Below, in pieces: positions 57,891-64,000 of a stretch of 64,000 bases of DNA. The stretch is from an uncultured Gemmatimonadales bacterium (lineage in GTDB: Bacteria > Gemmatimonadota > Gemmatimonadetes > Longimicrobiales > RSA9): assembly GCA_963741945.1 (NCBI GenBank), contig CAVUKA010000004.1:1-64000 (forward strand), written 5' to 3'. The translations under genes were made by a program, and so were the position numbers. Numbering within the stretch: position 1 is the stretch's first letter; each line of letters begins with the position of its first letter. The notes beneath the pieces are model-generated. The model saw nothing but the letters and a program-made list of their open reading frames with translations. It had not been told where the DNA came from and did not search any database.

Positions 57891-58080
57891 CCGCCGGCTC
57901 CGGATGCACGGGGCCCCCGACCGCCCCGAAGCCACTTCGCCCCGCCGGCTCCGGACGCACGGGCCCCCGACCGCCCCGAAGCCACTTCGCCTCGCCGGCT
58001 CCGGACGCACGGGCCCCCGCCAGCTTCGAAGCCACTTCGCCTCGCCGGCTCCGGACGCACGGGCCCCCGCCAGCTTCGAG
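57891..58080. repeat. 50-bp tandem repeat, about 3.8 copies
   Basis: GGGCCCCCG recurs at 57911, 57961, 58011 and 58061; the unit contains CGAAGCCACTTCG and CGCCGGCTCCGGACGCAC. Confidence 0.95.
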
Positions 58081-58329
58081 GCGGGTGTGGGATCCGGCCT
58101 CAAGCGAACGCTGCGGCCGTGCCTGGGTCCGGCCGGAAAATTCCCCGCGCGTCGCGCATTTCCCGGCGCGGTGGAACCCGACAGCGGTATTCGCGGAACA
58201 TCACCGCCGCGTCGGGACATGGACCTCGCAATGAAGATCTTCGGGGATATGCGCCGTCAACTCCCCGCACGTCGCAGCTGGTGCGACGGGTGGGGAAATT
58301 TCAGCTCCCGGCGCCAGCCACCGCATTCA

Positions 58330-58460
58330 CCCCCGCCGCCATCGACGGCCACCCCCGCCAGCATCGACGGCCACCCCCGCCGCTATCGACGGCCAACCCC
58401 ACCTCCAGCGACGGCCACCCCCGCCTCCAGCGACGGCCACCCCCGCCGCTATCGATGGCC
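58330..58460. repeat. 22-bp tandem repeat, 6 copies
   Basis: Consensus CCCCCGCCNNNA(T/G)CGACGGCCA starting at 58330, 58352, 58374, 58396, 58418 and 58440. Confidence 0.95.
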
Positions 58461-58617
58461 GGGCATGGCGAGCCCGACCGCCGGCGTGCCGCGCCCGACC
58501 CCACGGATGCGGCGCGCCCGGATGCGCTTCGCCCCCGCCGGCCTCGCAGCCGACGGGGGCGAGCCGCCGCGGAGCTCGAGCTCGGGCCATCAGGCCACGA
58601 AGCTCAGGCGCCCTCCT

Positions 58618-59538
58618 TCAAGGCGTCTCCGCGGCGGTGGCTGAGGTGACGGTCCAGGACACCGTCCCGGTCTCGCCGCTGGACAGCGTCAGCGTCTGCT
58701 CGGCTGCGGGATCGGACGTGAACACGAGTCCGTCGGGTCCGTTCAGCCGCAGCGTGTACGACATGTCCGGCTGTTCATAGCCGAAGTTCACCTCGTAGAC
58801 GCCGCTGCCGTTGTCCGCGAACAACACTCGTGCCGAGTCGCCTTCGGCCGGGATCATCGTGGCGCTGAAGTCTCCGAGCCCCATTTCTCCCGGCAGCTCT
58901 ACGGTGTCCGCCAGCACCAGGGCGGCGGTGAGCCCACCGGTCAGCGAGATGTCCGCCCCGTGGACCACGCCGTGGAAGTTGTAGTGGTTCGAGTTGCCGG
59001 CCTGCCGGATGAAGGATTCGTTCACCACGAAGTCCAGCAGCAGGACCTCCTGTGAGCCGCCCACCACGTGGAGCCCGTGCAGCAGCACCTTCAGCCCCGA
59101 GTTCTGCGTGCTGGTCATGTTGATGGTCCCGCTCGGCTCACCGCACGCCGTGTATTCGGGCGAGGACGAGTACACGCCGTCGCTGGTCACGATGCACGCG
59201 TCGCCCAGGACGATCCGCAGCTGACCGTAGTCGCCCTCGGGGACCTCGGCCCCCGTCACGAGGTCCGCCACCGCACCCTGGAGATTGGTGAGCTCGTACT
59301 CCTCGTTGCCGTCCTCCATCAGGTACGTGCGGGTGCCCGGGGGATCCGCCTCCCCGTTGTCGCCCTGGAGATAGATGTCCGTGAACGTGACCCGGGCCTC
59401 CGTGATCTCTGGGCCGTTCCCGTCCGTCAGCTTCAGGGAGACGGTTCCGTACTCGGTCGCCGTCGTGTTTCCTTCGCAGGCTGCAATCGGGAGAGACATT
59501 GCCAGCGCCAGCGTTGCGATTTCGCTGGTTCGGAACAT
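58618..59538 (-). CDS. DUF4382-like lipoprotein
   Basis: Lipobox IAAC, GTVSLKLTD, VPEGDYGQLRI, SGLKV, LLDFVVNESF; SD AGGAG. Confidence 0.8.
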   Translation of the reverse strand: MFRTSEIATLALAMSLPIAACEGNTTATEYGTVSLKLTDGNGPEITEARVTFTDIYLQGDNGEADPPGTRTYLMEDGNEEYELTNLQGAVADLVTGAEVPEGDYGQLRIVLGDACIVTSDGVYSSSPEYTACGEPSGTINMTSTQNSGLKVLLHGLHVVGGSQEVLLLDFVVNESFIRQAGNSNHYNFHGVVHGADISLTGGLTAALVLADTVELPGEMGLGDFSATMIPAEGDSARVLFADNGSGVYEVNFGYEQPDMSYTLRLNGPDGLVFTSDPAAEQTLTLSSGETGTVSWTVTSATAAETP

Positions 59539-59646
59539 GTGGGCTCACTCCTGGTTGAATGATGCGGAGGTCCGCCCGGGCGCACCCGGTGGCCGCTTCC
59601 CTCATCAGACGAGTGGGGGCCCGTCCGCGTCACACCCACCGCCGCC

Positions 59647-60570
59647 CTAGCCGCCCGTCGCGTCCTCCAGTATGGCGGCATAGCTCTCGTACCGCTCCCT
59701 GCTGATGGCCTCTCCTTCCAGCGCGGCCAGAACGCCGCATCCGGGCTCGTGGGTATGCGAGCACGACCGCCCGAAGCGGCAGTGCTGCGCGGCGCCGCGC
59801 AGCTCGGGGAAGCAGAGATCGAGATCCGCCGGCGCCAGGCGCCACAGCCCCAGCTCCCGGAGCCCCGGTGTGTCGGCGACGTGGCCACCGCAGTCCAGCG
59901 GGATCAACCGTGATGACACGGTGGTGTGGCGGCCTTTCCGCTGGACTTCGCTCACCTGGCCGACCCGGAGTCCGAGCCCGGGTTGGATGGCGTTCAACAG
60001 GCTCGACTTGCCCACGCCGGAAGGCCCCGACAGCACGCTCGCGCGCCCGCACAGCCGGCCTCGCAGCGCCTCGACGCCCTCCCCGGTGACGGCGCTCGTG
60101 TACAGCACCGGATAGCCGATGCGCTCGTAGGGCTCGAACGCGGCCCGGTCGGCCGCCGTGGCCCGGTCCATCTTGTTGGCGACGACCACGGCGTCGAGAC
60201 CGCTGGACTCCGCCAGCACGAGGAAGCGATCGAGCATCCGGAGGTGCGGAGCCGGGTGGGCGGCGGAGAAGACGGCCACCAGCTGGTCCAGGTTGGCGGC
60301 AATCGCCTTGGCTCGATCCCCGCGCCCGGGCGCGGTACGGATGAGCTCGGTCCGACGGGGTTCCACCGCTTCGATGGTATGGAGGCCGTCCGGCTGCCGG
60401 ACGACGGTGACCCTGTCCCCGACCACGACCGCATCCCCGGTTCGGGCTTCCTGCTTCAGGCGGCCCCGGAGCGCGGCCTCCACCACCTTCCCCGGACGCA
60501 ACTCGACCTCGTACACTCCGCCCGAAGCGGAGCGCACGAGGCCGTGGTCTGAGCCGGGGCCTGTCGGCAT
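59647..60570 (-). CDS. rsgA: Ribosome small subunit-dependent GTPase A
   Basis: NKMD, GPSGVGKSSLLN, GRHTT, DTPG, zinc finger CRFGRSCSHTHEPGC. Confidence 0.96.
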   Translation of the reverse strand: MPTGPGSDHGLVRSASGGVYEVELRPGKVVEAALRGRLKQEARTGDAVVVGDRVTVVRQPDGLHTIEAVEPRRTELIRTAPGRGDRAKAIAANLDQLVAVFSAAHPAPHLRMLDRFLVLAESSGLDAVVVANKMDRATAADRAAFEPYERIGYPVLYTSAVTGEGVEALRGRLCGRASVLSGPSGVGKSSLLNAIQPGLGLRVGQVSEVQRKGRHTTVSSRLIPLDCGGHVADTPGLRELGLWRLAPADLDLCFPELRGAAQHCRFGRSCSHTHEPGCGVLAALEGEAISRERYESYAAILEDATGG

Positions 60571-60580
60571 GGGCTGCGGG

Positions 60581-61468
60581 CTAGGCGGCGAAGCTCTCCA
60601 GCGCCGTCCCCATGTCCCCTTCCCGCAGCCGCTTCAGCGCCCGGTCCCGGAGCTGGCGCACCCGCTCGCGCGTCACGCCGAGCATGTTCCCGATCTCTTC
60701 CAGAGTGTGCGTCTCTCCGCCATCGAGCCCGAAGTACAGCCGCAGCACTTTCGCGTCCCGCGGGTTCAGCGTGTCCAGCGCGGCGTCGATATGCTCGGCC
60801 AGCATGCGATCCTCGACGTCCTCCTCGGGCTCCGTCGCCTCGTCCAGGACGAAGCGCTCCACCAGATAGCTGTCATCGGAATCGCCGATCGGCGCGTCCA
60901 GGCGGATCTCCGCCGCGTTCAGCGTCTGGAGATGCCGCACCACCTCCGGCGTCAGCTTGGCCGCCTTCGCCACTTCCTCCAGGTTCGGATCGCGCCCCAG
61001 CTCCTGCTTCAGCCGCTCCCGCTCCCGGAAGATCCGCGCGAGGTCACTCGCCCGGTTCAGCGGCACCCGCACCGAGCGCCCCTGGTTCGCCAGCGCGGCC
61101 AGGATCGCCTGCCGGATCCACCACACGGCGTACGAAATGAACTTCACGCCCTGTTCCGGATCGAACTTCCTCGCCGCGGTCACCAGACCCACGTTCCCTT
61201 CCTGGATCAGGTCGGCAAGCGAGACACCGCGGTTCTGGTACTTCTTCGCCACGCTGATCACGAACCGAAGGTTCGCCCGCGCCAGCGCCATGACCGCATC
61301 CTCGTCGCCCGCCTGCGCAAGCCTCCCCAGCTCGATCTCCTCCTGCGGCGTGATCAGCTCGTGCCGGCTGACATCGCCCAGGTACTGGTCGAGTGCGCTG
61401 GTGTCTTCGTACGTCGGACGGAACGCGCTCTTGCGCCGCCGACGCTTCTTGGATTCGGTCGCTGCCAT
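60581..61468 (-). CDS. Sigma-70 family RNA polymerase sigma factor (RpoD/SigA-like, no region 1.1)
   Basis: LDQYL, NLRFVISVAKKY, DLIQEGNVGL, KFISYAVWWIRQAI, TLEEIG...TRERVRQ; start ATG 61468. Confidence 0.95.
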   Translation of the reverse strand: MAATESKKRRRRKSAFRPTYEDTSALDQYLGDVSRHELITPQEEIELGRLAQAGDEDAVMALARANLRFVISVAKKYQNRGVSLADLIQEGNVGLVTAARKFDPEQGVKFISYAVWWIRQAILAALANQGRSVRVPLNRASDLARIFRERERLKQELGRDPNLEEVAKAAKLTPEVVRHLQTLNAAEIRLDAPIGDSDDSYLVERFVLDEATEPEEDVEDRMLAEHIDAALDTLNPRDAKVLRLYFGLDGGETHTLEEIGNMLGVTRERVRQLRDRALKRLREGDMGTALESFAA

Positions 61469-61545
61469 TTCGCCCACCGTGTATCGCTCGCTATCCGGGG
61501 CTCCCGCCGAGAAGTATCGGCCAGGCCCCTGACAACTGTATGCCT

Positions 61546-61561
61546 CGCAAGGTCTTTGCCG
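61546..61561 (-). promoter_or_regulatory. Candidate sigma-54 promoter upstream of the sigma-70 gene
   Basis: Minus strand CGGCAAAGACCTTGCG = GGCA-N6-TTGC with GG-N10-GC spacing. Confidence 0.4.
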
Positions 61562-61690
61562 CGGTCCGATGCGGTCCGGTGCGCCATCCAACGCTCCCAC
61601 CCACTGCATCGCGGCCTCTAGTAACCCCGCTCGCTCGCCGGTGTTCCCGCGATTCCGGCCTGCTCGGCCGCCCCGATCCGGACGGCGACG

Positions 61691-62281
61691 TCACCCGCCC
61701 CCCGGTCGCGCGGGCCGGCCCAGCGGACCGCTCGCTTCCCCGTCCCCGGCGCTGTCCGCGTTTTCCGTGGCGCGCCCCGGGATGGCCGAGGAAGAGACGT
61801 CCCGCAGCGGATCCTGCGACAGGAGCGAATCCAGCGGTGGCGGCGCGCTCCCGCCCCCGGGCTGCGCCAGCTGCTGCCGCAGGTCCGCGGCCGCGGCCCG
61901 GAGTGTCCGCAGCTCGGGCTCCACCTGCGTGAGCGAGGCGCCCCGGCGCAGGCGGGCCACGATCCCGTCCGCCATTGCCTCCAGCTGCCGGACCCTGGCC
62001 TCCACGTCGTATCCCGATGCCAGCCAGTCCACGTTCCGCCGCGCCATGACCATCTGGTCGGTCATCGCTTCGGCCGTGAAGACCAGCTCCGGTCGGCCCG
62101 CCATGGCCGTGTCCAGCACCGCCGTGAAGTTGGCGAGCTGCTGACTCAGTGTGCCAGCGCTCCGGTTCGCCGCCAGCGCCGCGGCGGGCGGGGGGGCTTC
62201 CTCCGTGAACGGGTGATCCCGACTCATGTTGCACCCGCCCGACAGCAGGGCCAGCGCACAGCTCAGCAGAACGCGTCTCAT
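61691..62281 (-). CDS. Hypothetical helical lipoprotein
   Basis: MRRVLLSCALALLSGGC signal and lipobox; amphipathic helices; low-complexity tail. Confidence 0.72.
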   Translation of the reverse strand: MRRVLLSCALALLSGGCNMSRDHPFTEEAPPPAAALAANRSAGTLSQQLANFTAVLDTAMAGRPELVFTAEAMTDQMVMARRNVDWLASGYDVEARVRQLEAMADGIVARLRRGASLTQVEPELRTLRAAAADLRQQLAQPGGGSAPPPLDSLLSQDPLRDVSSSAIPGRATENADSAGDGEASGPLGRPARPGGG

Positions 62282-62347
62282 GACGGACGATTCGGGCAAT
62301 CCACGTGCCGTCTTGCCCGTGTCCCCACGGGTGCCTACGCTTCGCGG

Positions 62348-63076
62348 ATGGACATCGCATTCGCCGGTCGCACCGATACGGGACGCGTTCGCGCCCGCAA
62401 CGAGGACGCTCTGCTTCAGCGCCCGGAGCGTGGTCTCTTCGTGGTGGCGGACGGCATGGGGGGCCACGTCGCCGGGGACATCGCGAGCCGCATGGCCGTG
62501 GACGTAGTGGACGACCGGACCGCTGAAGCCACGGACGACCCCGTGGCGCAGCTGGCGGACGCGGCCCGGGCGGCCCACGCGGCGATTCTCAAGGCCGCGA
62601 GTGCGAATCGGGCGCTGGACGGGATGGGGACGACGCTTACCGCCCTGCGCCTCCTGGAGCCCGCCGGATGTGCGGTGGTCCACGTCGGAGACTCCCGCGC
62701 CTACCGCTGGCACCGGGGCACCCTCGAGCAGGTGACCCGCGACCAGACCTGGGTCCAGGACCAGGTGGACGCCGGGGCCCTGTCTCCGGCGCAGGCTCGC
62801 GCCCACCCGTTCTCGGCCATGCTGACTTCCGCCCTCGGCGTGGGTGGTGCGGATCTCGATACCCAGATCGTACGCCCGGACTGCGAGCCCGGTGACCTTT
62901 TCCTGCTCTGCAGCGATGGACTCACCGCCGCCCTGGACGACGATGACATCCGCGCTGTCCTGGCCGGCCATCCGGACCTCGAGGACGCCGCGGCCGCGCT
63001 GGTGCGTGCGGCCAACGAAGCCGGTGGACCGGACAACATCACCGTCGCACTGGTCCGCATCGACTCCGCCGGCTGA
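62348..63076 (+). CDS. PP2C-family Ser/Thr protein phosphatase (PrpC/Stp1-like)
   Basis: TDTGRVRARNED, VADGMGGH, GMGTT, HVGDSRAY, LCSDGL, GGPDNIT; TTGCCC-N17-TACGCT-N6-ATG upstream. Confidence 0.95.
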   Translation: MDIAFAGRTDTGRVRARNEDALLQRPERGLFVVADGMGGHVAGDIASRMAVDVVDDRTAEATDDPVAQLADAARAAHAAILKAASANRALDGMGTTLTALRLLEPAGCAVVHVGDSRAYRWHRGTLEQVTRDQTWVQDQVDAGALSPAQARAHPFSAMLTSALGVGGADLDTQIVRPDCEPGDLFLLCSDGLTAALDDDDIRAVLAGHPDLEDAAAALVRAANEAGGPDNITVALVRIDSAG

Positions 63077-63120
63077 AGCCGCGCGCCGGGCAGCGCTCCG
63101 GCCCCGGGCTACCGGGCGCG

Positions 63121-64000
63121 TCACCCGAGCAGCGCCTCCCCCCGTTCCAGCCGCCCCCGCACTTCCCCGTCCGGCAGCGCAACCAGTGAGCCGATCGCCC
63201 GCGCGGTCACTGACGGCCGACCCCCCAGCGCGAACAGACGCAGCACACGCGCCGTACGGTACAGCTCGTCCGCGACCCTCGGCAGCCCGATCAGCCCCGC
63301 CTGTCCCCCCGGACCGAGCCGGATCACCTCGCCCGTGCCCCGCTGCACCAGCAGGTCCAGCCGGAACATCCCCGGCTTCTCCGGGAAGTCCAGGAACAGG
63401 GATCCCGGATCCAGCCCCAGCTCCCGCGCCAGCGCGTCCTCCACCCGCCGCTTCAGCGGCGAGTCGCTCGTTGCCCACTCCGATGTCTCTCCCGGAAGCT
63501 CGGCCGCCACCACCTCCACCAGTCGCTTGGGCAGCCTTCGCCGCTGCAGCGCGTCCACCATCCGCGCGATCGAACGGGATCCCTCCCTGCCATGCGGCTC
63601 CCCGTGCGACTCCGCTCTGCTGGACAGGAGGAAAAGGAGCGCTTCGTCCGTCTTCCCCACCAGCTCCTCCGGCGCGATCAGCCCCGTTGAAAGCGCGTCG
63701 TACACGATCCGCTTGTACAGCACCGTCGCCGACCGCACGGCATGGTGCCAGTACACGTTCCGGAACATCTGGTACTTCGAGAAGAGCAGCGACTCAAGCG
63801 CCGCCACCCCCTTCTCGTGCACCCCCACCTCCGCACCCCCACCCTCCGGCGGCTCCAGCACCGTCAGCGCCCCGAGCAGCCGGTCCACGTCCACTTCGCC
63901 ATACGGGACACCGCAGAAACGGGCGTCCCGCTTCAGGTACTCCACCTTGTCCAGGTCCAGACTCCCGCTCACCAGCCCCTGCAGCGGCGACGACGACCGG
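63121..64000 (-). CDS. HD-domain phosphohydrolase (YwfO/SAMHD1-like), 5' end outside the window
   Basis: SGSLDLDKVEYLKRDA...GVPYG and MFRNVYWHHAVRSA; the frame is open to the window edge. Confidence 0.85.
   Translation of the reverse strand, partial: RSSSPLQGLVSGSLDLDKVEYLKRDARFCGVPYGEVDVDRLLGALTVLEPPEGGGAEVGVHEKGVAALESLLFSKYQMFRNVYWHHAVRSATVLYKRIVYDALSTGLIAPEELVGKTDEALLFLLSSRAESHGEPHGREGSRSIARMVDALQRRRLPKRLVEVVAAELPGETSEWATSDSPLKRRVEDALARELGLDPGSLFLDFPEKPGMFRLDLLVQRGTGEVIRLGPGGQAGLIGLPRVADELYRTARVLRLFALGGRPSVTARAIGSLVALPDGEVRGRLERGEALLG

Noticed and set aside
57891-58460. Repeat arrays as a CRISPR array
   Set aside because: Units are contiguous with no unique spacers of 25-45 nt, and there are no cas genes in the window.
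57904-58649. ORFs spanning the repeat region (57904..58644, 58119..58649, 56864..58234)
   Set aside because: Repeat periods of 50 and 22 are not multiples of 3, the translations are Pro/Arg-rich noise, and there is no SD or codon-bias support.
59595-59615. CTGATGAG on the minus strand as a hammerhead ribozyme core
   Set aside because: No following stem II and GAAA element, and no flanking helices.
1-64000. tRNA, rRNA, IS elements, integrases or prophage genes
   Set aside because: None recognised by eye; a tRNAscan/Infernal/ISEScan run would be needed to exclude short or degenerate cases.

Overview
A very GC-rich bacterial chromosomal window. Gene content (SusC/SusD pair, short FCB-type sigma-70, DUF2723, many lipoproteins) suggests Gemmatimonadota; this is inference only. 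I can support about 55 CDS and see no tRNA, rRNA, CRISPR array, transposase or integrase. Main blocks in order: truncated queG; a seven-gene V/A-type ATPase operon (E-DUF2764-A-B-D-I-K) whose rotor subunit has the Na+-binding signature; a tandem USP; and a four-gene operon encoding an 8(+1)-heme lipoprotein cytochrome, a beta-barrel-like protein, a 16-heme secreted cytochrome and a TPR-like lipoprotein. That operon is the best candidate for an uncharacterised system, a porin-cytochrome extracellular electron conduit. Next come many nucleotide house-cleaning enzymes (2 HIT, MazG-like, 2 Nudix, DHH, HD), putB, queE, a lipoprotein with an LPD1-like zincin domain, ftsH, a Zn-dehydrogenase/alpha-oxoamine synthase pair, SusC/SusD, trpE, a hydantoinase A-like gene and DUF2723. 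Then a flavin reductase-membrane/SDR fusion-sbcDC operon, a cobalamin riboswitch with btuFCDB, an intergenic region with 50-bp and 22-bp tandem repeats, rsgA, a sigma-70 factor, a PP2C phosphatase and a truncated HD protein. Non-coding signals include a recurrent TTG..-N17/18-TAnnTT promoter, several probably leaderless genes, two candidate sigma-54 promoters, and a btuF with no canonical start codon before its signal peptide. All calls come from motif reading by eye; no database search was run.
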